A stretch of 64,000 nt of DNA from Marsupella aquatica (Eukaryota; Plantae; Marchantiophyta), in contig OZ316899.1 in the NCBI GenBank assembly GCA_973895155.1, positions 14,697,934-14,761,933 on the forward strand. The letters run 5' to 3'. Of the stretch, positions 41,496-55,540 are shown in pieces (within the stretch, counting starts at the first letter, position 1; each line of letters starts with the position of its first letter). Under the pieces are notes generated by a model. It worked only from the letters and a program-made list of their open reading frames with translations, searched no databases and had not been told where the DNA came from. The translations under genes were made by a program, and so were the position numbers.

Positions 41496-44400
41496 TCACT
41501 TAGTCGAGAGGGGGTGTTGGAAATCACTCGGAATAAGATGACTTATAACGAGGCCGGCCTCAACGGTCATCCAGTTCGACGCCTCCACTCCGCTTTCTCC
41601 CCGGCCCCCACTGCTATCTGTCTGTCTGAGGTACCGTTGATGTTAGGTCTGTCTGCCCTACCATCGATTCTCAACTACTTGTAGGGGAGGCATGACGGAC
41701 ACCTCATTTGCTTCTACCAATAGCATTGTGATGACAGGTAATGCACTGCTCGCAAGTGTCGTGCAGCATGCCCTGGCGTTGAAGGCATTGAGATGACACA
41801 CCTGAGGTGGGCATTGACTGCTTCATGTGGACATTGCACCTAGGTTTGAAGTATTCCTTGCCTTGCCTTTGGAAAAGCTACTCCTACAAATGCTTCACAC
41901 TGCACGTGATCAATTGTCATTAGTGAGAATCAGTCATGCGGAACCCGCGACCCCCAGTGAGTGTGGTGGCTCGTACATCACACAAGATTTTGTGATTGAC
42001 GAGTTATTTTTGGGCATACGGTATTCCTTTGCAGCTGTAGTGACAAGAGCACTTTGTCATGGGACACATGTAGCGTTTTTGGTAGTGTAAGGAGGACGTT
42101 ACTCCCAATTTTGTAAAGATGTTTGTAAATTTTGGCACTTTATGTGTTGTGTTGACTGATATTTGTAAACTTTGGTGCAAATTTAATTTCCCTATCAAAT
42201 GATGCAAAGCAATTAATTTCCTATCTAAGTTTGGTGCAAATTTAATTTCCCTATTAAACGATGCAAGAAATTACCTAGCATGTTCTTGCTTGGTTCAGTT
42301 CTGTGTATTGGATATGGCAGTGACATGATTGACTGTACTAAGATTATTACTCACACTCTCCATTGACTGGGAATGTGACGGTTGGCACAAGTTCGCAAAC
42401 AACACTACTTTGGTTTGTTTGCTCTCGTTCCTTGGAAAGTCTACAAAAGTTCCAACCTCGACAAAAGTCTTCAAACAAGACCAATCGAGTCTGATTGAAG
42501 TTGGCAATTAGCTGCAACTCAGGCGACTCGGTTATCACATCTGGTTCTGCAAACTCTGCTCGTAGCAGGGTCACAACTCGGGAGGGTTTCTGGCCGGTGA
42601 TCTATGCAGAATGAAGGAGGGATTGGGATAACCTCTTAGGGCAAAGGCATTGCTATGTTTTGTGGACACGAAGAAGTCCAACTCAATATAGTGGAGGTCT
42701 TCCCTCGCTGCTGCGATGAGCACAGGATTTAGGCGGCAATGTCAGATATCAGTTTGTAATCACGCTTTTGTCGAGGTGTCGGAAATATTTGACGTCTTCA
42801 AGTCCGGGGTGCAGAGACAGTGGGACTACCCTAAACAAGGCTTCTGTCAGGATGGAGTTTAGGATAGTTCCAGTTTTGAATGGAACGGTACAGTCCAAGT
42901 TTCAACATTTGGTAAGAATTTGTGCTCTCGCTGTGCAATGATACTGGAGGATGCGACATTAACTGAAGTCTTCAACCCATTTTCTCTAAATGGTATGGAT
43001 TCCTGTGTTGTGCAACTATGGACTTTGTCATTCGAAACAATTTTGTGTGGCCCTTCCATGAATTGTGAGCGCCAGCTTCGTGAAACATGTATGCGCAATG
43101 ATGTCGGTTCCGTACACCTGTCCATCCCACACATTGGCGTATTTGATTGCGTGAAAACCTCTTCGTATGTTTATAATAAGTGAAGATGGTGAAGTCACAC
43201 AGGAGATGATCGAAAAGCATGCTTGCGGCCAGCACATGTTTTTATTTTTTCAGCACCCGGGATCAGCTATGGCCAGGAGTTGCTTTTGTCTGTAATTTTC
43301 CTGTATTGCAGGTTGCATGACTTTGTAGAATAACATGCAACCGATATGTAATGAGCAACCGTGTGTCAATTCAATGTACTGGATCATTCACAGTCGAAGA
43401 TGTATTGCAGGTTATTTCACGGACACCACCGGTGGGCAAGGTAAATTTGGCGAGCGCATCTTCGGGAAGTGCATAGTCGGCAACCTTGTGGGCTGCTCTA
43501 CATGTACTTAATTTGCATCCAGTGCTCCTTAACCTATCGCAAGTCAACAACCTCTTCATCTCTTTGTGAGGTAGTCCGTGCCCAATGGAATTTCAACGCT
43601 CAACATTTTTGTGGGCGAGTGTACAACCAAAATCAACTGCCTCAAAGTAACCTTTTCCTCAGGTGCTTGGTTAAGAGTGCTGCTGACTGTTGAGCTTTAG
43701 TAGCGTCAATTGGTTACTCTAGAACATCGGGCCCATCTTCTACTCATACTTTCTCTGAATCCAATTTCTCTTTGTTGCGTCCAACTTCCCGAGATTTCCA
43801 TATATCTCAAGTTTTGATCATCTGTTGTATGAAAATGTTCTTCCTATATAACCTGACATCTCCATGTACGCCCCTGCTATGCGAGATTCGAACGGGAAGT
43901 AGCCTGTGAAGGGGATGGCCTTCAGTAATGTTTTTTGCCACAATGGATCTGTTGACGGTGAGATGTTACATAGCGGGAGGGGCTCGCAAAGCCTGCGGAT
44001 CTTTGTTGTAGTTCTGTACAGGCAGCAGGTGTTGGGTCTGACCCCGCGAGGGAGGGGAAAAATTGATTAGCCTCTGACGCTCTGCATCAGGGGTGGCTGC
44101 GGATGTTTGTTGGGCAAAATTGCCCATAAATTACAGTCCGAGTCTCTAGAAGACACAAAGGAATTAATGCATGCAATCGGGTTCCTGCATGTTGTTTTTA
44201 AAATGTAGAAAGCTTGCCCGAAGGTGGTGTTCATTTATGTGCCCCGATGCATGTGAAATGAATGATTTCCGAAGCATTTTAAAATCTCAGGACATCCCCT
44301 CAAATTGGAGCCAACTCCCGTGTGAAGCAGGATAGGCCTGCCATGCGTGAACTGCTTTCCAGCCGACATCCTAATTTTGTGCTAAAAAGCACAAATCCAA

Positions 44401-44937
44401 ATGTTGGTTGGACATGAACGACACGATTGTCGCTTAGGTTGATGGGGATCTGCTGGCATCCTTATCATATGAGGGAATGAAGTTTCAGTAATCAATAGCA
44501 ATGATTCCTCACTGCGTAGCTTGGTTTGGGGGAGCTTCCGGGGGAAAATGGCTACTACTTCTTCATTATTGCTCTCTCATTATGGTCGCCACTCACTGCT
44601 AATCCTACAATGCATGTGTGCTTCTTTCCATGCTACTATTGCACTCATTTAATGAAATAGTCAACATCGACTTGTGGTCATCCGTCCCACGCTGTTGTTG
44701 AGGCCTTAATCCAAGACTGCGCGGGTCAAACATACGGGGGAAACCATATATTTGGGGACGTGCATAAGCATTGCGCGACATGACATAACATGACATGATT
44801 GTATGTAGACATCCTGACACACAATTACACAAATTCCAAAGGGTTGCGCTGCATCAGGCCCTGAAGTTTCTATCGAGTTTACTCACTCCTCGTCATACCC
44901 TAGTACACATGCAAGACAAAAATCTTTGTCGGCCCAG

Positions 44938-47133
44938 TCACTCGACATATTCAGAGGCCGCCTGTCGCCTGTAGGCCAGCTCCATTCTTCTCTGTTGGCG
45001 GAGCCAATTTCTATGTTGACGCCTCCGGATTTCTCTCATTCCAGGAGTCTCTCCTGCAATGACATCAAAAAGATACACAACCTCCAACTCGTTTTGGGCG
45101 AATGTACTTTCAAAATCTCCTTGAGGATCTTTGGCTTCCGGATCTTGGACTATAATATATGATATGCTCACTCCATCAATGGTTCTTGTTCTGAGTATCG
45201 GATCTTCCCCTCTGAAGAACTGAGAAGCAATACATAAATTATACATCCTAACAAGCGACGACCCTGCTTGGGCAAATATGGCCCAAATAACTTGGCCGCC
45301 ACATCCCATGGTTCCATCTTGCCCAATCTTGACCTCTGCAGCTCTACTGTTTCCTATCAACAATTGTTTCAGACTCCGCGCTAGGTAATACCATTTAAAG
45401 ATCCGGGGATCCAGTAGCACAGGTCGATTGATCTTCCTTTTGTGAATATTGCTCACCCACTTCATCATTGGTATGTGATGCGCTTCATCGCCTACCATTT
45501 CTGCTCCCGACATACTAATTCTTACGGCAGGGTGATGGTGCCAGATCGAGTAGTAGATCTGTTGTGTGGTCCCCTTGATGTACACCCCCCATACTCCCCG
45601 GCGACCTGGTCTTGCTTCCTCTCTTAAAAACCCTGCTGGCGGTTCTCTTGGTGCCCACCCCACGTATGGGCCGAAATAAGCTCCTACTTCTCTGGACTGA
45701 ACAGATATTTCCATCCACCTCATCAGATCTTCTGTGGGCATCAGATCTTCCCACCAACTCGTCTGGGACAGAGCATGGTGCTCCAAGTCCGCCGCGGGAA
45801 ATGGGAACTCGTCTAACCGCTATAGGTTGTCCAGCTCACTAGCTAAAACAAGTGGCTCCTTCTTCATACTGTGAAAATGGGACATTGCCTCATGAGCCAC
45901 CTGAGGCAGGACGGTAAGACCTACAAAACTCATCCATTCATGCGACACGCGAACTGATTCCAAACATAAAGGCCGAAAAGGCTCCCTCCACTCGGCTAAA
46001 TATAAAAATGTGGCTAGACATGGTAAGGTGTATGCGCCTTCGCTAACTCTTACTTCCATCGCGGCCCATTTTCTCATGATAGCCGGAATGATCGAGAAGA
46101 TGGCTTCCATTAACGATAAATTGTGAGCCCGCTGTCTTTCGCGTGGTAGAAGTTCCGGGTCCGTGATCTCCGAAAGAGCCCAGATCCCATTGGCATTGTC
46201 AAACTCTCGGTCCAATTTGGAGAGAAGGATACCCATCACTCGGCTATTGGCTCTCCCTCCCAGTTGGAAGTATAAGTCCTCATAGTCTGAGAACAGGATG
46301 GATTCGGACCATACAAACAAAGGTAGCATATACCAAATCCTCATTGGTACGTCCGCCCACAGCGTATCCAGTTCCCTGGGGGTCACGATTGTCGGCCCCG
46401 ACTCCCGGATATTTGTTCAGGTATTGAATATGGTTTTATAGGCCAGGAGGCCAATCATCTCATCCATCTCTATGGGTTCTTTACATGTTTTATTGAACCC
46501 GTTGCAGCATTCCCATTTGCAAATGGAAAAGTTACGTACTTCATGTAGCCATTATTCTAGATTGGCATTGCCTACTACTCGGAGTCGTTGGTTCTCGTTT
46601 GCTAGGTGCTCCATCGTCCGAACCGCCTTCTCTACTTGGGTTCGTAAATTATTCACGTCCCTGACCACCTCAGTGTCTGTTATACTTTTCACCATTCCAT
46701 CTTCCCCGTTCTTTACGAAATCTAACCTGAACTCCTCGCCCGACTCCCAGCTTTGGGTGGAGTGATCCATTTTTGCCCGCAACTGTTCCTCCAAAATGCA
46801 CAACATGACTCCCTCTCGCTTTTTATCCATCTCTTCCTCCTCTTCCCTCCTAAGGTTCTCTTGTTGTTGCTTATCCAACTGTTGTTGGAGCACTTCCTTC
46901 TCCATTCAAATCTCTTCCATCTGCTTCTCTAAAACACTCAATCTTTCACCTGCTACCGCCGCTTCTTCCCCTAACCGGGCTGTTCTCGCCGTCAGCGATA
47001 TGCATCCTGCGGCTTTCTTCTGTTGGGGGAATCTTCCCATTTGCCCTCCATGAACCTCTTTGGTCTCTTCTCCGTTGGACCCATCTCCTTGGACAACACT
47101 GATCTCTCCGGGGGCACCCAACTTAACCCGCAC
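44938..47133 (-). pseudogene. Long unknown AGETPG-family ORF (copy 3, ~730 codons) with an N-terminal coiled coil, broken by in-frame stops
   Basis: ORFs 46906-47133, 46552-46905, 45820-46386 and 44938-45786 share one frame; contains YYSIWHHHPAVRI and DVIAGETPG. Confidence 0.75.
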
Positions 47134-47809
47134 TTGTCCTGGGCTTGGGCCTCTTCGACATAGCTACCAGTGCTGGCTTGCACCATATCTCCAACGGCTA
47201 CTTGCTGTTGACCCCTTGCCAGGCTAAAACGCATATAAGGGATGATGCCGTGGAATGCATCCAATACCACGCCTCTCTTCAGCCCAATCATTTGCTTCAT
47301 TACGCAAGAGAGCCCAATAATCCCCTCCTCCCCACCCTTCTAATTGCATGCCCGATACATCTTGGCTCACCATCTGTGCCTCCACCCTCCACATCTTTTT
47401 CTCTTCTCGCCATCTTTTTCTTACCTTGACATCTTTATCTCACCACGCCATTTTTTTCTCACCCTCAAAATTTTTATTGTCCTCTCAACATATTTTTCTC
47501 TCCTCGAGTCCTTTGATGATTGGGGTATTTTGGTGTTGAGATTTGCCGCAGCCAGGAGTCGATACCAAGGTATTTTGGCTTGGATGTTTGGGGTACTTTA
47601 GGCCTGGGGTGCCGGAGGGGATCAATTCAACACCCTGTGCAGATGATGAACATTGTGGATTGAGGAGGGGCGTGTCAAGGGACCATCAACGTTGTCATGC
47701 AAGGAGTCGACCATCATCGTGGAGGGATGACTACCTTGATGCCAGGATCAAATGTCGAGCTCGCGCAAGAGGATGAGGATATCAGTGATGGTGAGTAAGC
47801 CGCCTGTGT

Positions 47810-49332
47810 TTGTACTTTATGAGTTATGTACACTGGATTGGAGCTGTCTTTGAAGGAACTAGCAATCTTTTTGCAGGCACCATATGGAAATCGATGACTC
47901 CAAGGAAAATACGCTCTAGTCTGCAAAGTGAGCCTGGAACACACGATTTGTTGGTGGCAGGAAATCTGGTCAAGGCATTTCAGTTGGAATGGCCGTGGAT
48001 GGCGATTGTTGGAGTTACCAAATTTGTCCAAGCATTTGACCCAGACACCGACAGCTGCATGTTCCGGGGTGCATTGCTGAAATTTGACAAAGAAACAGTG
48101 CGAGCTGCATTCCATCTGCCCAATGGGCAATTTGGACATTTTCGAAATTCATGGGCGTCCAAGCAACTGGATGTCATGTTTATTGTGCCTCGGAACCACA
48201 CAAACCCTTGGAGTTTGGATACCCTATCGGATGTGTTCAGGCATTGGCAGGATCCCGTGAAGGTTGTAAACAAGCTACTTCTTGGGAAAACAAAGCCCAC
48301 CCAGGTAACCGGGAAGGACATGTGGGTGTACTGGGCTTCCTGGTGAAGTACAATCCTGGAAGAGGTTCGGGCCCAGGATGTTGAATGTCCAACTTTGAAG
48401 CCAGACTGGGCTCATTTTGTGTGGCGTTGAGGAAGCATTTGTCAGATGATAAGCTTCTGAGAATGAAACGTTATCCCTGTTATCGTGGCACGGCTGTAAT
48501 GCGATTGCTCCTTCACAGTGGGTATTCCATGAGGGATCTACTTCAAAAACCCAGGAGTGCAGACGAAAGTGAGACGCGCAGTAGGCAGAGTGCTAGTGAA
48601 GCAGAGATGCAGGGCCAGAGCGTCACGGAGGGAGATGTGTGCAAGCATGTGGAGACCGGGTCATCCAATGACAAGGAGCATTCAGACGGACGTTTGTGTG
48701 GGGAAAGATCTGGGCATACCACGCAAACCATTCACTACGATCAGGCAATGGGCAGCAGGATGCCAGACTGCATGCGAGTTGTCTACGATCAAATAAAACA
48801 AATTCAAGATTGCAGTGGAGTGTTTGCTTTCAAATTGGAGCTGCAACAAAGAAAGATTGCGGATTAGCAAAGCAACCTCAGGGAGGTCGGACATGTGCTC
48901 GTGGAATGCAAGTTGGTGCTGAATTAAACTGTCGTGTTCCATGTTAGTACCGAGGGCCCGCGCGTGGGTCTTCTTTTGACCAGAGTTGCACATTGGACGG
49001 CCGGAGCCTCCGCCGAGGCCCAATTTAATAAGGAGCCGGAAGCAACTCTGCATTGTTCTGCAGAAAATGCACAAGACGCAGCTGTGCAACCGGAATGCAC
49101 CCTGGAGCTGAATGGAACTGTTGTGTTTCATGACAGTTCTGAGGACCCGCGCGTGGACTCACAGAGGACAAACAGAGATCGTGAACTAGAAGCGGATTTC
49201 CTACCATTGAGGTCGAATGCGGCTGATGATGGTATACCAGGAGGACCCGAACAACTACAGTTGTCGGTCGAGGCATCGGAGCTAAGTGTTCCCACAAAAA
49301 ATGGAGCCTCGACCAACGCCTTCCAGCAATAA
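47810..49332 (+). pseudogene. Degenerate ORF with a PMD-like motif
   Basis: VTKFVQAFDPDTDSCMFRGALLKFDKETVRAAFHLP parallels LLEFVGSWEPETNCTRIYGKDFYLTPKVIAEVFGLP; followed by in-frame fragments 48385-48867 and 48934-49332. Confidence 0.45.
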
Positions 49333-50167
49333 TTTAGTAGGGCCCGCAAAGCAATGGTGGAAAGTAGTGTAGAAGAGCCAATTCAGGTGAGGCCTGTGCA
49401 GGAGATGCAGTTTTTGAGGCCAGTGTAGTAGGGCCAATTGTCGATTCTAGTCCAGCAATATCAATTGTGGAAGGAATGGAGGTCGATGGCACTTGCGATG
49501 GGGCAGGTAGATAATCATCGGAGTGAATTGACTCGGACTACGGGGCTCTACACTACCAGAATTCAAAGTGACTCTAACGTGGCACGAGGTGACTATCACA
49601 TAGAGAATTGTGGAGTGGTAGGGAGTGGGCAATCACCACTTTGGAAGAGGGTGGAAGAAAGAGAAGATGAAGTACACGTCCCCCCCCCCAAGGAGGAGGA
49701 GAAGGTTGGTGCATGTTGCAGGCCCGGGTGGGTCTCCATCCGCCAACTATGGAAGTACTTGACCCGCATCTGTTCAATTTTCACCATGAGTACTGGGGTC
49801 GACAATGTGTTTAGGCGGCGGCGAACCCACCCGGTCTCCAGCCAATCCCTTGGAAGGAAGTGTGACTCAAAGCATGCCCCGTCGTAGACAGGCATCTACA
49901 AAGGTTCCCTTTGCTGCAGGTAAAATTCAGATTGTGGATTTAACCTCCTCCGACAACGATGGTTCATCAGATGATTCGTCGGAGCCGGAGATGGAGTATG
50001 GTCTAAAATGGCCAGCTAATCCCGATTACAATGAAAAGGTGACTACTTTAGCCGAACGTGACAAAGAACTCGTGGATATAGAATCAAATTACAAATGATT
50101 CATTACTTCGTTGTGCTGTTTGTGTTTAGGTTGCATGTGTGTATGACATGTTTGGGTTTGAGGCATT

Positions 50168-51089
50168 ATGTTGAATTTTTTGAGGCCAAGCAATATTTAC
50201 CCATTTTTGCCAGACTCACATGATGGGAGGGACCTGACAGCGAACATGCAACCTTCCAAGGATACCATGATAGTTGACACTCCTCCGCATCAACGGCAAG
50301 CTCTTGCGTGGATGACTTATAGGGAGTCAGGAACCGATTGTCCATTTGGGGGGATATTAGCTGATGACATGGTACGTTCATACATTTGTAATTCAATGAC
50401 CACATGGTGCAACATGAATTCCGATTGGATGTCAGTGCCTGCTAACTCGATGTCCGAACCGTTTGCCTTAGGGCATGGGCAAGACAATCGAGATCCTACA
50501 ACTAATAGTGACAAATCGCCGGCCTCAGACAAAGACATTCCGCGGGACTTTGATAGTTTGCCCCATGAGTATTCTCAAGCAATGGGAAACAAAGATATGC
50601 ACGCGGACGACAGAGAAAGCAAAATTGTCTGTGCTGGTATACCACGGGAAATTGAGGACCAAAAATCTGATGTCCATACAAAGCCATGACGTAGTCCTTA
50701 CGACGTATGGCATGGTGACGCAGGAATCACAGATTACTAGTGATGGTGGTGGATTCGTCCATCCAAAGGACAGAAATCCACTCTTTGCTTCTCCGTCATG
50801 GTTCCAAGTAGTCCTGGACAAATGCCACCAAATTCGGAATGCGAAAAGCATTGGTTCCAAAGCGTGCTACACCCTGCGGAGTTGGAACAGATGGTGCGTG
50901 AGCGGCACACCTATGCACAATTCCCACATGGATCTGTATTCCTACTTTAGGTTCCTCGGGTATGTACCTCTTAGTCAGAAGGAGGATATCCAATCGCTAG
51001 CTAAAAGGCTGACGACGGTGACAAGTCTGCAAGGAAGTCCATCTCCGAGCACGTGGCCCGCATTGCCATCAGGAGGACAAAGGGTATGA
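50168..51089 (+). pseudogene. SNF2-family (RAD5/RAD16/TTF2-like) helicase N-terminal ATPase lobe, truncated; intron 50372-50471
   Basis: HQRQALAWM..GGILADDM|GMGKT (Walker A split by a GT-AG intron), TLIVCP, DVVLTTY, VVLDKCH (degenerate DExH), RWCVSGTPMHN..DLYSYFRFL; no RING or HELICc downstream. Confidence 0.88.
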
Positions 51090-51975
51090 ATCTTCCCGTA
51101 CTTGTCAATCAATATTGCTTTCTACCCTAGACCCTATCTTTAGGATGCAGACTAGATATGGATTGCATAAGTTGTTGCCTTACAACCGGCAATGTGATGA
51201 GCCAAGTGATTCTCTTTGCCCCCCCCCCCCCCTTCAGCTCAAGCAGGGTTTGTAATCCATATTGTGCCACTCGGTTTGCATGCATCATGGTACTTTACAG
51301 AAATGTGATTGTCAGCCCCTGGATTCACCATGCCCATTCCAAATTTAGACATCACTTGGAGGAGCCAGTGATAGGTCTCACTTCATGACACGGGAGAGGG
51401 TGTCAATGCAGATGAGGCCAAATCATGCGACTGATAGCTCTACATTAGGAGTGACTGTTGTGGTGACATTAGCAGAGTCGTATGATGTACTAGTTGGAGG
51501 TGCAGTGTTGTACCCGATGGGTTTTCAGATGGACTATTGGACTGAGACAGCAGCCTTTAGACCTGGTTGGCAGTCTGGTGATGGACGTTTGAGCCAAGTG
51601 CTTGTGAGGTTTATTTGTGGGGTTAGACCAAGAGGGACTTCCCCAGAGGTATTGGCATCGGTTGCTGGTTTTAGTGGAGTGGTCACTTGGCCAGGGGATT
51701 TGTTGGAGGGTAACCTCTTAGCCGTGGATTCTCCAGTCTATGAGGAGGTAGAGGAGGTCTTTAGTTTGGCGGCAGTGGTACCCTCCTTGTTGGATGTTCC
51801 ACTTTGGAGTTCAGGTGGAGTGTTGAGGCAGAAGGCTGATCATTTGATATCACAGGCTTGGAGTACACCCTTTGTACCTGTGGAGGTAGAGGAGGCTCCA
51901 AGATGAGCTCCTACTGGTGGTCCAGTGGGATTGTCTCCTTTGGATACAACACCCATTGTTTGGGAGTATCCACCA

Positions 51976-52840
51976 GAGGGTATTTGTGTGTTGGACCTCT
52001 TTGGTGGGATTAGCACTGGTTTGGCTGCAGTGTTGCAGGCCGAGATACTTGTGAGGAAGTATTTGTATGTGGAGAGAGATGAGACCGCGAGGAGAGTTTC
52101 ATCACGACATCTTGCATTGTTGATGCAGAGATACCCTGAGTTGTTGTCACAGTCCGCAATTCGGGGGTATCAACGGAGTTTGCCATCAGACATTTCATTG
52201 TTGGGGGCGGAGACCTTGAGAGGGTTGGCCCTATTGATTTGGTGATTGCTAGATGACCATGTTAGGGACATACTCAGGCTGGTCATGGTGGAGGGTTACG
52301 TGACCCTCGTTCTCATTTGTTTTGGGAGATGTTGCGGGTGTTGCGTCATCTTCAAGTGCATCAGGCACGTGCTCCAGCTTACATTCTGGAGAACGTCCCT
52401 TGGTTGGGTGATACTAGATCTCATGTGATCACGGCTGCACATGAGGTATGGTCATGGATTGGACCAGCTGTTTTGTTGGATGCAGCGAGGGTGGGCTCGC
52501 GTGCACATCGTCCACGGTTGTGGTGGACGACATTCTCAGGTGGTGAGAGCAGTGGATAGGTCACCCATGGCAATAGTGAACCTTGTGGGGCAGCCTAGAA
52601 TGGCTTTGGCTACATTTGTGATTTTTCCCTCGTCACATGCCTATGGGGATGGTGGTTCTGGGCTCGTATGGGATTCTCATGTGCGCCAGTTGGTAGAGCC
52701 CAACGCTGATGAGAGAGAGGGTGCTATGGGGTTTCCTACCGATGTGACATTAGTCTCTTCAGTTTCAGAGGCATCACGTCGCCAGGTGTTGGGTCAGGCT
52801 ATGGACCTGAACTGTTTGACGTGGATTGTGAGCCTTGCGA
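51976..52840 (+). pseudogene. DNMT3-like C5-cytosine methyltransferase domain embedded in pol
   Basis: Motif I VLDLFGG (51988), II YVERD, IV IDLVIAR*PC*G (PC at 52257-52262), VI YILENV (ENV at 52389), VIII RAHRPRLWW, IX EREGAMGFP, X RRQVLGQAM. Confidence 0.9.
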
Positions 52841-53088
52841 TGGCCAAGCAGCGGAGACTTAGGACCATGTCTGTGGTTACTTCACCCCTGGTGATGAGCT
52901 CGTTGCCTTCCAGGATGGTAGAGGCATCGGCTGGGGGCAAGGAGAGTGGTAGTTTGCATCCTTGGAGTACATGGGATATGATGGATGGGCATGTAGAGTT
53001 GGTGGCCCATGCTGGTGGAGGAGTTGTTTGCTCAAATGATGGTGTAAAGGAGCATGTGCCATCGTCTGAGGAGGTGGCATAGCAACCA

Positions 53089-55540
53089 ATGGCGTCATCC
53101 TCTTCCTGTAGTGTACCGGTAGAGGAGACTTGGGAGCCATCACTTGGACCCAAGCTGATAGGAGGTGAACGACGATGGTTGACACAATTCCTACGTGCTT
53201 ATAGGAGTTGTTTTGCCTTTAGCATGAAGGAGTTGGGTGCTTTGGTTGGACCTGGTATACGGATTGATTTGGCTAGTGATATGGAGAGGGACTTGATTTG
53301 GAGTAAGACATTGGACCTTTTGGAGGCTGGATTAGTGGAGTTGTCGCATGGGGAGTATGCGTCAGCCACTGTCATGCCTGTCAAAAAGGATGTGCATGGC
53401 AACTACACAGAGAGGCGGATGTGTGGAGATTACCGTCCTATCAATCGGCAGACAAAGGCCGATAGGTATGCCATGCCCACACCTGAGGAGATCTTTGATG
53501 TGGTGGGACATGCAAGGATTTTCAGTACTTTGGATCTTCGAGCAGGATACCATCAGTTGCCGATTTGAGTGAGTGACAAGGCCAAGACAACATTTTGGGG
53601 AGTCAACTCATATGGCAAGGATTGTTTGAATGTATCAGTGGCGATTCTTACCCTTTGGGTTGAAGAATGCACCTATCGAGTTTCAGAGAGTGATGGACAG
53701 GATCCTAGCAGGATTGGATTTTGTTCGGTGTTACATTGATGATATCTTGGTGTTCAGTGATACTGTGGAGGAGCACCAACAACATTTGCAGATTGTGTTT
53801 GAGCGATTGAAAGCTCATGGTCTACGTTTACATCCAGGAAAGTGTAGGTTCTTCCATGAGGATGTTGAGCTTGGGTCATGTGATCTACCCAAGTGGTTTG
53901 GGGGTCCAACAGGCAAAGGTTGAGGCTATTGCACGAATCCCTCGGCCAACAGATGTGAGTAGAGTTCGGGCATTCATGGGATTGGCAAACTACTATCGGC
54001 GACATGTGAAGGGATTTAGTGCTATAGCAAAGCCTTTGAACAAGTTGTTGAAGTCTGATCAGGAGTGGCAGTGGGGAGATGACCAGGAGAGAGCTTTTAT
54101 GGAGCTCAAGGCCAAGTTGGTGTCTGCGCCTATCTTGAGGAGACCTATCAGGGGTCGCCCATTTCAACTGCACACTGATTGGAGTATGTTGGGGATTGGA
54201 GCGGTGTTGACACAACATGATGATGAGAACAAGGAGTTTGTGGTGGCCTATGCAAGCCGTTCAAACAATGTAGCAGAATCAAGCTATGGTTTGTACGAGG
54301 GAGAGTGCTTGGCAGCAATGTGGGTTGTGGCACACTTCAGGTGTTACTTGTTTGGCATAGAGTTTACCCTTGTTACTGATCACCAACCGCTCAAGTGGTT
54401 GATGGAGTTTGATAAGCTTACAGGAAAGCTTGCACGGTGGGCTCTTATCTTACAAGAGTATGACTTTAAGGTGGTACATAGACCTGGAGTTACCAACCTT
54501 GATGCTGATGGGTTGAGTAGGAACCCATGTCCTAGTTAGGAGGATGATACTGGAGCTAGATGGCATGGAGAGGTTGATGAGGAGATGGTGTCAGGATGGC
54601 ATGCATCTGCCTTTTGTGTTTGTTGGGTGTGAACTCTAGTATGGAGGATCACCTTACACCTTCCTATAGTCAGAGGGTAGATGGCCAGCCTGCAGATCCG
54701 GAGGTTGGAGATGGTGCTACAGATCAGCATGATATTCATGATGATGCATTGGTGTTAGAGTTCCTACGGACCAGTAGGGTGCCAGGCATAGTGAGTGCCA
54801 AGGAGCGAGACCGTGTTCTCCAACGTGCTAGGAGGTATCGATTGGAGGGAACACATGTTCTCCGTGTGTGGGAGGATGGTAGAGTACGAGTGGTACCCCA
54901 TATAGCTCAGAGAGAGCGCATTGTGCGACATGCTCATGAGGAGTTGGGACATTTTGGAGTAAAGCGTACATATAGCTTACTTCTTGGTCAATATTGGTGG
55001 CGTGGTATGCACACTCAGGTGAAACAGTTGGTGTCACATTGTATGGTTTGCGATCGGGTGAGGGCATCGTTCAATGCCCCTACACCACAGTTACACCCCT
55101 TACCTATTATGGGGTTGGGTTACCGTTGGAGTTTGGACTTTGCAGGACCATTACCGTTAACTAGGCGGCATCATCGATATGTGTTGGTGATGGTGGAGCA
55201 CTTTTCTAAGTGGATTGTGTTGGTGGCATTGCCTGACAAGGCAAGTGAGGGAACGACGTATGCATTTCTTGATAGAGTGCTTAGTCATTTTGGTGCACCA
55301 GCGGAGGTGTTGACCGACCAGGGTACGGAGTTTCAGGGTGAGTTTCAGGTCTTGTGTGACAAGGCGTTGATTGATCACCGGACCACATCTCGAGATCATC
55401 CAGAGGCGGATGGTTTGGCAGAGCGTGTTGTTCAGACGGTGAAGAGGGGATTGTGCAAGTATGGCCTACAAAAGGGGCATCTTGGAGATTGGGACATTCA
55501 GTTGCCATGGTTAGCCATGGGGTATAGGTTCAGTTGTTAA
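53089..55540 (+). pseudogene. pol: RT-RNase H-integrase of the DNMT-bearing Gypsy (frameshifts and stops)
   Basis: ORF pieces 53089-53568, 53630-53923, 53817-54539 and 54596-55540 carry canonical Gypsy motifs in order. Confidence 0.92.

Noticed and set aside
51976-52840. Host DNMT3/DRM gene or bacterial contamination
   Set aside because: Intronless, collinear and contiguous with Gypsy PR and RT, with the same composition and decay pattern
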